A DNA stretch of 64,000 bases from Candidatus Bathyarchaeota archaeon (GTDB lineage: Archaea > Thermoproteota > Bathyarchaeia > Bathyarchaeales > Bathycorpusculaceae), in the NCBI GenBank assembly GCA_963827165.1, contig CAWGZR010000010.1, positions 288,001-352,000 on the forward strand, in the 5' to 3' direction. The notes under the pieces were generated by a model. It worked only from the letters and a program-made list of their open reading frames with translations. It made no database searches and was not told where the DNA came from. Below are positions 39,314 through 50,363 of this stretch, one piece after another (the first letter of the stretch is position 1; every line of letters begins with the position of its first letter). A program made the position numbers and the translations under genes.

Positions 39314-40170
39314 GTGATCCGTAAGGTTATTGTCCCAGCGGCAGGGTTGGGCACCCGGCTGTTTCCAGCCACGAAAGAGCAGCCTAAAGAGATGCTGCCG
39401 ATATTCACAAAGACACCTCAGGGCGACCTGGTGGTGAAACCTGTTGTGCAACTGGTTTTTGAGCAATTGTACGATGCTGGACTACGCGAGTTCTGTTACG
39501 TTGTAGGTAGAGGAAAACGAGGAATTGAGGACCATTTTACCCCTGATGAACACTGCATAAAAACATTGGAAAGCCAAGGAAAAAACGGGCAAGCCTTTGA
39601 TCTTGAAAACTTTTATGATAAGCTTAATTCATCCACGACAATGTGGGTCAATCAGCCTGAAGCCTAAAGGGTTCGGCAACGCAGTTTTGATGGCGCAACC
39701 ATTCGTTGAGAACGAAAGTTGCCTAGTTCATGCAGGTGACAGCTGCATAATTTCGAAAGACATGGATTATTTGAAAAAGTTGATTAACGCTTTTGAGAGA
39801 CTAAATGCTGACGCCGCCTTCCTGGTTTTGGACATTGAGAATCCCAAAGCAATACGGAATCGTTGAAGGCGACGAAGTAGAGCCTGGAATAATTCGCGTT
39901 AAGTCAGTGGTTGAGAAACCAGAGAAACCAAAGACACACTGGGCAATAATGGCCATGTACGCCTTCAAACCAGCAATCTTTAAAGCATTGGAAACAACAA
40001 AGCCCGGAAAGAACGGCGAAATCCAGCTTACCGACGCAATCCAGAAACTGATTGACTTGGGATTCAAAAGTTTACGCAGTAAAACTCGACAGAAGCTACT
40101 CACATATGGATATTGGCAGTCCAGAGAGATATTGGCAGGCTTTAGAATTGTCGCATCAACAGTTTTGTGA
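39314..40170 (+). CDS. galU: UTP-glucose-1-phosphate uridylyltransferase, split by at least 3 frameshifts (probably sequencing errors)
   Basis: PAAGLGTRLFPATK..PKEMLP / KGFGNAV / VEKP..GEIQLTDAI / MDIG distributed over ORFs 39314, 39597, 39805 and 40052. Confidence 0.85.
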
Positions 40171-40183
40171 GGAGACCGAATTT

Positions 40184-41215
40184 ATGATGGACAACATAAT
40201 CAAAGAAGACCTTGAAAAGATAAGTAACATTGTCAAAGGAGACGCTTTCGCAGGAAAAAAGAGTACTGGTCACAGGTGGGGCAGGGTTTATCGGCAGTTG
40301 GCTTTGCGATGTTCTGATTGGTTTTGGCTGCTTACGTGACTGCAGTCGATGATTTATCTACTGGAAGACTGAAAAACATCGACCATTTAAACGAAAAATC
40401 ATCTTTCCAGTTTGTAAAATCTGATATTTGCACGTTCAAGAGTAAAGAAAAGTTTGATTTCATTTTTCATATGGCTGGGCACGCGTCTCCCGATGAGTAT
40501 CAAACGCATCCGATTGAGACTTTGCAAACAAGCGCTTTAGGAAGCTTCGCCATGGCGGAGCTTGCAAGGAAAAATGATGCGACGTTGCTGTTTGCTTCCA
40601 CCTCGGAAGTTTATGGTGACGCAGAGGTTATTCCAACGCCTGAGAGTTACTGGGGAAAAGTCAACCCGATCGGACCACGGTCTTGCTATGATGAGGGAAA
40701 ACGTTTTGCCGAAGCTCTTCTCATCGCGTACAGTAAACAGCACGGACTCGATGTGAGGATCCCAAGAATCTTTAATTCTTATGGCCCCCGTTTGCGTGAG
40801 GACGGCTTGTACGGCAGGGCTATGTCACGGTTTATTTTGCAGGCGCAAACTAATCAGCCAATCACCGTTTATGGCGACGGAAAGCAGACTAGGTCTTTTT
40901 GTTACATAACGGATACAGTAACAGCATTAATGTTATTAATGACAAATATGAAGGCAAAGAGTGAAGTTGTAAACATCGGCAACACAAAAGAAATCACAAT
41001 ACTTGAGTTGGCAAAAAAAGTTCAAGAAATAACAAAATGCAAGTCAAACATAGAATTCCGACCTCTACCTAAGGATGACCCGAAAAGACGCTGCCCAGAC
41101 GTGAGCAAACTTGAGAAGACTTGCTGGGTGGAAACCAAACATGAGTTTTGCAAAGGGGCTGAAAAGAACGGTAGAGTGGTTTTCGGAAAAGAAGCAAGCT
41201 ACTAATGTGGCTTAA
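40184..41215 (+). CDS. UDP-glucuronate decarboxylase (UDP-xylose synthase)-like SDR, 3 frameshifts
   Basis: Reconstructed VLVTGGAGFIGS; ASP..Y, STSEVYG, RSCYDEGKR, DDPKRRCPD. Confidence 0.85.
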
Positions 41216-41217
41216 TT

Positions 41218-41757
41218 TCAGATCCTAAGATTTTTTAGGTAGTCGATTATTTTTAGGTAATCTTCAGCTGAAACGTACCAGCCGCTGGCACGCATTTCTT
41301 TAACTTTCTCTACTAGCTTTTCCTTGTTGATTCTTCCGGTTCCAAAGATTTTGCCCAAAATGTATCCCGTCCCGTGAAGTTCAATTCCTAGAATCCTTGC
41401 GACGGATCGGGCAACTTGGTCGTCGGCTATAGCTATCCCATTCAGCTCCTTAGTCAAGCAGAGAACCTCGGCTTCCGCCTCATGCAACGGGTGCATTTTA
41501 CTTTCTGCAGCCATTTCCGTCACGTAATTGAGGTATCCTTTGTCGCTTATGTTGTGGACCTTGATTATTTCCTCTTTGAATAATGTTTCTAAAACAGATG
41601 CTTCGGGCGCTTTTTTCTTTTTGCCTTCGCGAACTACCTCTTCAAACACGCTAGCTGTGGTGAATTTTTGTTCTGAGACGTCTTTGAGGAGCGCTGCTAA
41701 AGAAGATTTTGCCAGGTAAATTAGGGGGGTTGAGTCGAAGACCAACGGTTTAGGCAT
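41218..41757 (-). CDS. PIN-domain toxin (DUF3368-like)
   Basis: VFDSTPLIYL, EEVV, EAEV, ADDQVAR, HGT. Confidence 0.85.
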   Translation of the reverse strand: MPKPLVFDSTPLIYLAKSSLAALLKDVSEQKFTTASVFEEVVREGKKKKAPEASVLETLFKEEIIKVHNISDKGYLNYVTEMAAESKMHPLHEAEAEVLCLTKELNGIAIADDQVARSVARILGIELHGTGYILGKIFGTGRINKEKLVEKVKEMRASGWYVSAEDYLKIIDYLKNLRI

Positions 41758-42074
41758 TATTGTTCCTTCAAGGCTTTTTCGAAGTCTTCGCGGAAGTCCT
41801 CATATGAGTACTGGAAAGAAATTTTTCTTTGCCGTACTATCTCCATCATTTCCCAGAGGGATAAACCTGCGATCTTCGAAGCTTTCCAAAGGGTTACTTT
41901 TCCGCCGCTATAGAGCGTTAATGCCCTTTCGAGTTTCCTGTCTGCAATTGCCTTTGCTAAGAGTTTTCTGACGACAGTGGCACGGTCTGCTTTTTCTTCT
42001 TTTTCGATTTCTTCTATGTCTTCAGCCATGTCTTCAGGAACCCGTGTTGAGATTATTTCTGTCATTGTCTTCAC
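41757..42074 (-). CDS. UPF0175-family antitoxin (RHH + HTH)
   Basis: ISTRVP..., LY..GKVTLWKASKIAGLSLWE; directly upstream of the PIN gene. Confidence 0.85.
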   Translation of the reverse strand: MKTMTEIISTRVPEDMAEDIEEIEKEEKADRATVVRKLLAKAIADRKLERALTLYSGGKVTLWKASKIAGLSLWEMMEIVRQRKISFQYSYEDFREDFEKALKEQ

Positions 42075-42249
42075 TGTTTACAATAACATGTATACGATAC
42101 GTATAAATGTTTACGAGAAACAAAACGCAAATCAACCACATAATTTCGCTCAAGTAAATACGTCACTTTTTAGGTTCTGGATTGAAAAGTATGTTTTTTT
42201 GCCTCTTTACGTAGGGGGATTATTGGCGATTTTGAATTGACTATAATAT

Positions 42250-42534
42250 CAACAATGTCAGTAACGGTTAATGTTGTTGATGATAAGCCCATGGACCAGA
42301 GAAGAAGATGTGAACGTTGGTAACAATCAAGAAGCCACCACCCTCGAGCTCACGAAGAAAGTTAAAGCAGCCAAATACAAATCAACCACAGAATTTAATC
42401 CGTTGCCGAAGGATGATCCGAAAAGACGTTGCCCAAACACAGACAAACTTGGCAAACTTGTTGGGTTGAAACGGACAATCAGCTTAGAGACAGGGCTAAA
42501 AAGAACTGTTGCTTGGTTCGCTCAAAATCTTTAG
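42250..42534 (+). pseudogene. Diverged duplicate of the 3' end of the UDP-glucuronate decarboxylase gene
   Basis: VNVGN..E.T.LEL.KKV...PLPKDDPKRRCP...GLKRTV.WF matches 40900-41190; no N-terminal part. Confidence 0.8.
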
Positions 42535-43100
42535 CAATAATAGAGAGAAACGCCAAAAAGCTTGCTTTTTTGAATAAATCACAAAATACAAATCCTTAAA
42601 AGGTGGAAATAAAGCTGGGCTGAAAATCTTTTTTTAGTTGTTTGTTGCTGGTATGAGTCTAGTAATAAGGTATTGAAGTCCGAACGGTTTTGTTTTATTT
42701 ATCACGGTTAGTTTACTTCAGCTTAATTTTTGGGCTTCGGTGTTGTTTAAATGGGTAACAATGGAAAAGCACCTTTGGAATATGGGACAGCTTGCGACAA
42801 CTATTGTAATGTTTGAAATGGTTGGGTTCTCGATTTCAACAATTAGTTTGGCTCTCCAAATAGACAAAGAGAAACCTAAGAGTCCCATTTGTAACAAGAA
42901 GTTATTTCAAAATGTGCAAAGTAAAACTATGGCACTGGTAAAGCCCGAGAAATGTAAGACCATCGCAGAAATTTCGTCTTTCACCTCAAATACTTATCAA
43001 TTAATACATTAATGCAAAAACACTGTTTGCTTCTACTATTAGTGGTTCGTAATTATACCATTTTTGTTAAAATAACTATGAAAAAACTTTCAGAATTTTT

Positions 43101-43892
43101 TCAAATCCTTTTTTTCGTGACAAAAACGATTGAAGGAGTAATCAACATATTCTCGAATTTTGATTCTCTCGTTGGCAGGTTATTAGAGCGCCCCTTCGTG
43201 ATGTCAGCAGCGCCTTGTTCGTCCACCAATTCCTTCACGAAGCCAACCATCCCATAGCTGTGGTTATGGGAAGGGATCTTAGCAAAATGATAAAGTGAAG
43301 ATGGCGGTTTAAGATGATGTTTTACCGCAAATGCGCCGAGCCGTGACAGTAGCTGCTGCCTGAGTTTCATCGTATTTGATGTTTTCTGACTATAACTTTT
43401 CCCATCTGGCCAGTCATCCCAGTAACCCGTGAACCAATCTTCGATTACATATAAACCGCCTAGTTTGAGGTGGTTATCAAATAAATGCCAAAATGTTGTT
43501 CTGGTAAGTTCGCCGATATGTGAACCGTCATCGATAATAATGTCAAATCCTTTCGGAGCGACATTGCTTGCCACTTCAGACAAAAATTTAGTGTCCGCTT
43601 GATTTCCCTCAAAAACAGACACTCTCTCACTGGGCGAGAATCCCTTAGGCAGATTAATATCTATACCTACAATTGTTCCTATGGAAAAGTAGTCCTTCCA
43701 TAGCATGAGGGATCCACCTTCATGAATCCCGATTTCGAGAAGTTTTACCTCCTTGTCGACCCATGGCTTGAGAACTGGATCATAAAGTTCCAGATAACCA
43801 TTACGAATCTTATCTGTGTTATAGCGCTCCAATGATAATTGCCTACTACGCATCATCACAATCAAACTTTGCTTCACATTCTTGAAGGTCAT
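43101..43892 (-). CDS. Class I SAM-dependent (sugar O-)methyltransferase
   Basis: TDK, LLEIGI..GGSL, GIDI, DIIIDDGSH, GGLYVIED. Confidence 0.85.
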   Translation of the reverse strand: MTFKNVKQSLIVMMRSRQLSLERYNTDKIRNGYLELYDPVLKPWVDKEVKLLEIGIHEGGSLMLWKDYFSIGTIVGIDINLPKGFSPSERVSVFEGNQADTKFLSEVASNVAPKGFDIIIDDGSHIGELTRTTFWHLFDNHLKLGGLYVIEDWFTGYWDDWPDGKSYSQKTSNTMKLRQQLLSRLGAFAVKHHLKPPSSLYHFAKIPSHNHSYGMVGFVKELVDEQGAADITKGRSNNLPTRESKFENMLITPSIVFVTKKRI

Positions 43893-44269
43893 AAGGTATC
43901 GATTTACTTAAAAAATATTTTGATATGCGTTCTTTCAAGTATTAGTCGATGATTAATCACATCAAATCTCGGTTTGACATCCTTGCAATTCAAATATCGC
44001 TACTACTAAAATTTTGTTCAACCAACCCTAAAAAAAGTTAGCTCTTTTTGGAAAAAGGTTGAGGTTAGAATAATAGGTGTTCGCTCGATTCAAGTCACGC
44101 ATTTTTTGCAGGGTTAAGGTATACTTTATGAAATAACAATAACCTTCACCTACATCTCGATGCCAACGCTAGACTAAGAACCAAAAAAATACTCAACTTC
44201 AGGGAAAAAGTATGCAAACGATTTTTAAAGAATTTAAATCAGAGTGGAGTAAGTCTAAGTGACTCAAGG

Positions 44270-45025
44270 ATGCAGACGACCTTCAAGTCTCAAACAAAGC
44301 GGATTATCGTAGATTTGATTGGCATCTTGTTGCGAGCTAAACGACTCGACAGAGAAGCTTTAGCTTCAATTTACCTTTCGGGAGTTGGCATTGAAATTGG
44401 TGCTTTACATAATCCTTTAGGAGTGCCGCCTTCTGCGAAAGTGCGTTACGTTGACCGAATGCCCTTGTCAGACCTGCGTAAGCAATATCCAGAATTGAAA
44501 TCTTACAAACTTGTAAACGTAGATATTATCGATGATGGCGAGACATTAAGAACTGTTGGTGATGCAACCCAGGATTTTGTTATAGCAAATCACTTTTTGG
44601 AGCATTGCGAGAATCCGATTAATGCAGTCGTTAATTTTATCAGGATCCTTCGTGAAGGTGGTATACTTTATCTTAGCGTTCCTGACAAGCGATACACTTT
44701 CGATAAAAAACGCCAAGTAACTTCTCTTGATCACCTAATTCATGACTATGAAGAAGGACCAACTTCCTCACGCGAAGAGCATTTCCGAGATTGGGTGGTG
44801 AACGTTGAGCAGAAAAGAAACAAAGCAGAAATTCAGCATCGAATAAATGAATTGAATTCTATTAACTACAGTATTCATTATCACGTTTGGACTCAGAACG
44901 ATATGTTTAATTTTTTTGCAATGTTGAATGATCGCATGAATCTGCCTATTGAGACTCAGTTGTTCTTCAAGCATAACATGGAAGACATCTTCATCATTAA
45001 GAAACAATCTCAGAATTTGCTTTAG
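44270..45025 (+). CDS. Class I SAM-dependent methyltransferase
   Basis: GIEIGALHNP, DFVIANHFLEH, GGILYLSVPDKRYTFD. Confidence 0.85.
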   Translation: MQTTFKSQTKRIIVDLIGILLRAKRLDREALASIYLSGVGIEIGALHNPLGVPPSAKVRYVDRMPLSDLRKQYPELKSYKLVNVDIIDDGETLRTVGDATQDFVIANHFLEHCENPINAVVNFIRILREGGILYLSVPDKRYTFDKKRQVTSLDHLIHDYEEGPTSSREEHFRDWVVNVEQKRNKAEIQHRINELNSINYSIHYHVWTQNDMFNFFAMLNDRMNLPIETQLFFKHNMEDIFIIKKQSQNLL

Positions 45026-45441
45026 AGGTCCATTATCAGCAGACGCGACCTTTCTAAAGCTTGGAATACGATTATTCATAGTTTAATACTTGTTACCCTT
45101 TGATCCGATTCTCTGAATACAGTTTCTCTTTCGTTATCGAGTTTGGCAAACAGGCAGACTTATTGGTTGATTAGGGTCCAAAATTCTTTGTCTTTTGCAA
45201 ATACTATTTTGCTCTTTACAATTGTTTGACAATTTGAGTGAAACGCTAACGCCCTTAGCGCTTGAATGAGTGTTCATTTTTTTAACATGTGTACACATCA
45301 AATTTGCCATTCTTTGAATTCTATATCCGAATAATTGCTTTATTCCAAAAAATGGCCAAACGCCAGTGATATTTTGGCACTATTAAGCATCGGCCCGCTA
45401 CTTCTACGATCCAAAAAGCGCACACATTTCAATTAATGATC

Positions 45442-46463
45442 TATGGGTGTGCAGAATTTAAGTTGCTTCCCAATTATGTTTTAGTATGGAAGCCTGTGAT
45501 GTTGTCAGGCTTTTCGTCAACAAAGCAATAGTTTCTGCAGAACCAAAACGACGGGGAAATCCAGGATACGGACGCCTAAGAGCACTCAGAGTTCTCGTAT
45601 ACGCTAGACTTAAAGGATTAGAGAACGACACCCGCATAGTTGAACATCTAAAGAAGCATTCATACGCTGCTATAACCCTTGGGTTGTGCAAAGTGCCTGA
45701 TAGAACCACTGTTGGAAGATGGTGGAGACGCTATCTCAGCCTACTTGAAGAGACTTTTGGAAAAATATCAAGCATGCTTCAGCTCATGTCGCCAACCACT
45801 TTTCTAATTGTTGATTCAACACCGCTAGTGGATCTCTACGATATGGAAGCCGGCTGGGGTCACACAAGCAGAGGAAAATTCAGAGGCTTCAAACTTCATG
45901 CAGCCGTAAACCAGTTAGGATTGCCGCTAAGAGCAGTCGTCACGCCGGGGAACCGTTATGATTCGCCGTTTCTTCCCAAGCTGATTGCAGATTTGGAGGC
46001 AGATTACGTTTTAGCTGACGCGGGCTACGACTCGAAGACAAACTACCGAGCCGTCAAGGACATTGATGTTGAGCCGGTTATTGCTTCTAACCCTAGACGA
46101 GGGAAACGCAAGAAGATCAAGCATGCCCAGCTGTTGAAGACTAGGCGTTATGTGGTTGAGCAGTTTAACGGGCACATTAAAGCTAACGTTTTGAAGCAAT
46201 GCTGGATAAGGCCAAGGGGTTTGGTGAAGAAAGCGGCGATGGTTATGGCTGCCTTGATAAGTTTTGATGCAGAAGCAATGAAATCTTTGGTTCTTGGCGA
46301 AGAAAGTCTAAAGCACGTGAGCAAGTACTGGGCTTGATCCAATACTCTAAAGGTTATGGAGCCTGTGAGACACCAACCGATGGCATTTCAGGATTCCAGC
46401 CCAGACCTGCTCATTAGATTAGTAGTTAACAAAACTATAAAAAACGAATTGTGCACAGGTCTA
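45442..46463 (+). mobile_element. Insertion sequence of 1022 bp (IS5/IS982-like DDE) with 17-bp imperfect TIRs and 7-bp TSD
   Basis: Left end TATGGGTGTGCAGAATT, right end AATTGTGCACAGGTCTA; AATGATC repeated at 45435-41 and 46464-70. Confidence 0.85.
45486..46337 (+). CDS. DDE transposase (DDE_Tnp_1-like)
   Basis: IVDST, GFKLH, LADAGYD, RYVVEQFN. Confidence 0.93.
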   Translation: MEACDVVRLFVNKAIVSAEPKRRGNPGYGRLRALRVLVYARLKGLENDTRIVEHLKKHSYAAITLGLCKVPDRTTVGRWWRRYLSLLEETFGKISSMLQLMSPTTFLIVDSTPLVDLYDMEAGWGHTSRGKFRGFKLHAAVNQLGLPLRAVVTPGNRYDSPFLPKLIADLEADYVLADAGYDSKTNYRAVKDIDVEPVIASNPRRGKRKKIKHAQLLKTRRYVVEQFNGHIKANVLKQCWIRPRGLVKKAAMVMAALISFDAEAMKSLVLGEESLKHVSKYWA

Positions 46464-46605
46464 AATGATCATTAATTGGATAAATTTAAATTAGTTATAC
46501 AATACAATTTATTAATTGATAAAATACTTCTCAGATATAACAAATCGAGCATTATGCAACCGATTTATAAATTCGAAAACATAGGCGCCAGTAATATATG
46601 ATTCA

Positions 46606-47452
46606 CTAAATCTTGGTTGCGACAATAATATCTTGATAACTTAGAAAGTCTATTCTTCCAGGCCATGATCCATAATGAAGGGGTTTGTTAACATTTAGGT
46701 TGTTATTTGCAAAAAGATCTATGATAAACGATTCATCGTAGCATACAGCTGCCTCTGGTGAATTGCAATCTGCCAACAAGTATTTTCCACTTTTATACTC
46801 GAAGATTATCGAACTTTTTTTTGCTTCGATAAGTTTCAGCACTTCATTATTTAAGATGAAGAAAGTAATTAAGCATCGTCCGCCTTTTTTAAGTACTCTC
46901 GCGATTTCAGAAAAATAATTTTTCATGTCATTCGGCATCATATGAGTAAATACTGATCCTAGGAACAGAAAATTCGAAACATTCGTTTTCAAATGGAAAT
47001 TTGAAACGTGAAGGATGATGTTTCCCTTTGGGATTATAGCTTCTATTAAAAACATCAACAAATTGGAAATGAAAATTCGGATATTTTGAGGATATGTTTT
47101 TTTCGCACCATCGAACGCCTTTTTTTGTAATATCAAACCCTTCGTATCGCCCTGTAGAATCCAAGTATTTTGTTAAGGGTATAGCTTTACGACCTATACC
47201 ACTCCCAACATCTAGAACAACCTCGTTTGGCTTAAGATGACCAATCGTTATAAAATACCTAAGAAATTCTTCGCCATTCTGCTTAAAAAGTTCAGCATCT
47301 TGTGGACCGTCGAACATAAGCCTTGTTGGGGGAATTGTCGGATCTTTTTTACCTAATAAGAAATCAAATGTGTCCTCAACATAAAATATGGCGTTTCCTT
47401 TTGTTAACATTGAACTCAAGATTATCTTCTTTATTTGAAGGGATGTTTTCAT
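46606..47452 (-). CDS. Class I SAM-dependent methyltransferase, one frameshift near 46975
   Basis: VLDVGSGIGR in ORF 46928..47452; SVFTHM..EIARVLKKGG in ORF 46606..47136. Confidence 0.85.
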
Positions 47453-47785
47453 TGTTGAGCCTTAGCAATTTTTACTCGAATATACAATTAATAAAATTTA
47501 AGGTTTGCCTATTTCTTTGCTGCATTTCTCTTTATGAAGGTTGAAACGATTTTTTCACTCGAAGCTCTAGAAAATCTTGCGCTTTGAATTACGTTTGAAG
47601 TATTGGAGTTCTTCAACAAGTTGAAAAAACTTCCTATCAATAGAGAGATTTCACATCATGAAAATAGTTATTTAAAAGAACTGTTGTTTCAGGTATATTA
47701 TAGCTCTCATTATAGGGAGACGAAGAATTAATGATTGCCGAAGATTTATTGACTGGAAACGTATAATTGAAAAATAATTTGATCT

Positions 47786-48826
47786 TCACTTGAGTACGTT
47801 CATGTTATCCATGACCCATTTTTGCAATTTTGTTATTCCTTTCTCTGGAGTAATTTTTGGAGTCCAGTTTAGAAGCTTATCAGCTTTCGAGATATTTGAA
47901 ATATATACTTTTTGATCAGATTTTCGCCAATCAGCATATGATATATTAGGGGTTACGGAAGTAAGTTCTTTCAACAAATCAATTAATTCTAACAAGGATA
48001 TTGATTTTTCTGGCCCCCCGCCCATGTTGAATACTCCATGTTTTAATTTACTTTCGATGAAAGCATTGTAAGCTTCCACTAAATCTATCACATTCAAGAT
48101 ATCTCTAACTTGTTTCCCGTCACCATAAATTGTTATGGGCTTATGGGTTAATGTCGCTATTACAAACCATGCAACCCACCCTTGATCTTCAACACCTAAT
48201 TGTCTTTCGCCATAAATACAGCTCATTCTAAATACGCCGGTTTTCAATCCATAAGTGTGAGCGTAATCTTGCACATACAGGTCTGCAGCAAGCTTTGAAC
48301 AACCATATGGACTGTGACCGCAGAGATCTATGGAAAATGTCTCAGGTATACCATTAACGTATTTTTCGTCAGCAAAGCAGTAACGTTTTTCCATTTCGTG
48401 CACTGGTATACCATTGACATTTTCTCCATAAACCTTGTTTGTGCTACAATAAACGAGGGCTGCATCGTTCACCCGCGCAGCTTCAAGAACATTAAAAGTC
48501 CCGATAGTATTAGTTTCAAAATCTGTTCTGGGATCGTTTAGCGACGTGGTAACAGCGGTTTGAGCGGCGGTATGAATAATAACTTTTACACCTTTTGAGA
48601 CAAGTTTTACCGAATTGTAATTTCTTGTGTCACCCTTAATTAATTCCATTTGGGGATAACGTTTCTTTAAATAGTCCCAATTGTAATGTTCGTCACCCGA
48701 ACTTTTGCCCAAGAGTTTGGCTCTGGAAAGGTTATCAAATATTATAACATCAGTGCCTTTTTTTGCATAATATTCTGCCACATGGGAACCAATAAATCCG
48801 GCTCCACCTGTCACCAGTATTTTTAT
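47786..48826 (-). CDS. CDP-paratose 2-epimerase-like NDP-sugar epimerase
   Basis: (I)KILVTGGAGFIG, AQTAVTTS, STNKVYG, SPYGCSK, FRMSCIYG, EDQGWV. Confidence 0.88.
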   Translation of the reverse strand: MKILVTGGAGFIGSHVAEYYAKKGTDVIIFDNLSRAKLLGKSSGDEHYNWDYLKKRYPQMELIKGDTRNYNSVKLVSKGVKVIIHTAAQTAVTTSLNDPRTDFETNTIGTFNVLEAARVNDAALVYCSTNKVYGENVNGIPVHEMEKRYCFADEKYVNGIPETFSIDLCGHSPYGCSKLAADLYVQDYAHTYGLKTGVFRMSCIYGERQLGVEDQGWVAWFVIATLTHKPITIYGDGKQVRDILNVIDLVEAYNAFIESKLKHGVFNMGGGPEKSISLLELIDLLKELTSVTPNISYADWRKSDQKVYISNISKADKLLNWTPKITPEKGITKLQKWVMDNMNVLK

Positions 48827-48881
48827 GATTAACCGCCTCTTTTCTTGGTTATGCTCGCATCTGCCATTTAAGCATTTTCCG

Positions 48882-50130
48882 TTAAGATTTTTGGCATAAT
48901 TTCGCGGATGTGATTATTTCGTCATATATTCTTTCGACCTTAGCAATAATAGTCGACCAAGTGTAGTTAGTAATAACTTTATTTCGCCCATTATTACCCA
49001 TCTTCTCTGCCAAAACGGGGTTATCCATCAGAATTTGTATTTTACTCACGATATCGGCGACATCGCCAAATTGGACTAAGAATCCGTCTACACCATCGCT
49101 TATGACAGCTGGCACACCACCGCTTCTTGCGCCAATAACTGGTTTACGTTGATACCATGCTTCCAAATAGACTATTCCAAAAGCATCAGATCGAGAGGGC
49201 ATAACTAAAACGTCACATGCATCAAAAACGTCTTTTTTCTCCGTTCCTGAAGTAAAAGGTAAATTTAAGAGAAACGATTTTTTGCGCATTTTACTAACTG
49301 CTTGGATCCATCCAGCGGTCGCTAAACCCATGGCTACAAGTACAACATCATTTCTTTTCTTTGCCAATTCTTCTACTGCGTTAAGCAAATGCATGGCCCC
49401 CTTATTGTAATCTTTCGATCCGGCAAAAAGAACCAGATATTTACCTTCTAGACCAAATTTTCGTCTAAACCGTTCACCCGAACAACCGACCGATTCCTTT
49501 TCATCCATGCCCATTGGCACAATTCGAATTCTTTCTCGAGAGATACCTAAATTGACTAGTATGTCTCGTTCAATGTAGGTGCACGCGAAAACAGCGTTAG
49601 CGTTTCTAAGCATGTTTATGAGTTCAGGGTTATAATACCCCTGTAAGCTAGGAGGAAAAAAAGGAGTTACTATGAAAGGAGTTCTTGACTTGCGGCAAGA
49701 TTTGGCTGCCAACCATGTGTGAACCAGCGGGAGAGCAGTTGCATGGACAAGCTCATAGTTATTGTCATTTTGTGCCAAATGAAAATATAGGCCCAATATG
49801 AAGGGGTCCGTCGCGAAAAGTTCGATGACGCTATGCTTTAAACTCGGAACTGTTTTAGCGATAAAAGTATTCAAAGCATACAGGGGAATCTCAATGTGAT
49901 AATCAATAGGGAACCGCGATACATCCACCCCATTTATTCTTTCAAAAGACCGCTTTGATAATTGACCTGACCAAGGCTTATACAAGGCAACTAGATCTTA
50001 ACGCGTTAGAAGTCAACACCGTTACTTTATGTTCCTTTTCGCTCAATCCCTCAGATAAATGTTGCATATATACTTCTGAGCCTGTGAGCAGACCCGGCAG
50101 GTACCTTTGAACCACGTGAGCTACACGCAT
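48882..50130 (-). CDS. GT4 glycosyltransferase, one frameshift near 49998
   Basis: N-terminus MRVAHVVQRYLP in another frame; C-terminal PSRSDAFGIVYLEAW...GGVPAVI. Confidence 0.88.
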
Positions 50131-50363
50131 CAGATCATACGTCCGACTTATTAATGATTTTTAAGCTGCAACAAAGCAGATATTCATCCCACCGTTTAAT
50201 ATAGATTTACGGTTGAGTAAGATTTGATGACGTTTTACCCATGGACGTAAAAAAAAGTTTTGGTTTTTTTAGTCTGCATTCTGTAAATTTGGTGAATCAC
50301 TTAAGATTCTCATACAGTTTTGAATTAATTATTAATATAAAAAATGTACACAAATAGCGTAAA

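Noticed and set aside
40052-40339. In-frame galU-uxs fusion
   Set aside because: Lies in an indel-rich stretch; a GAGGAG RBS and ATG at 40184 indicate separate genes
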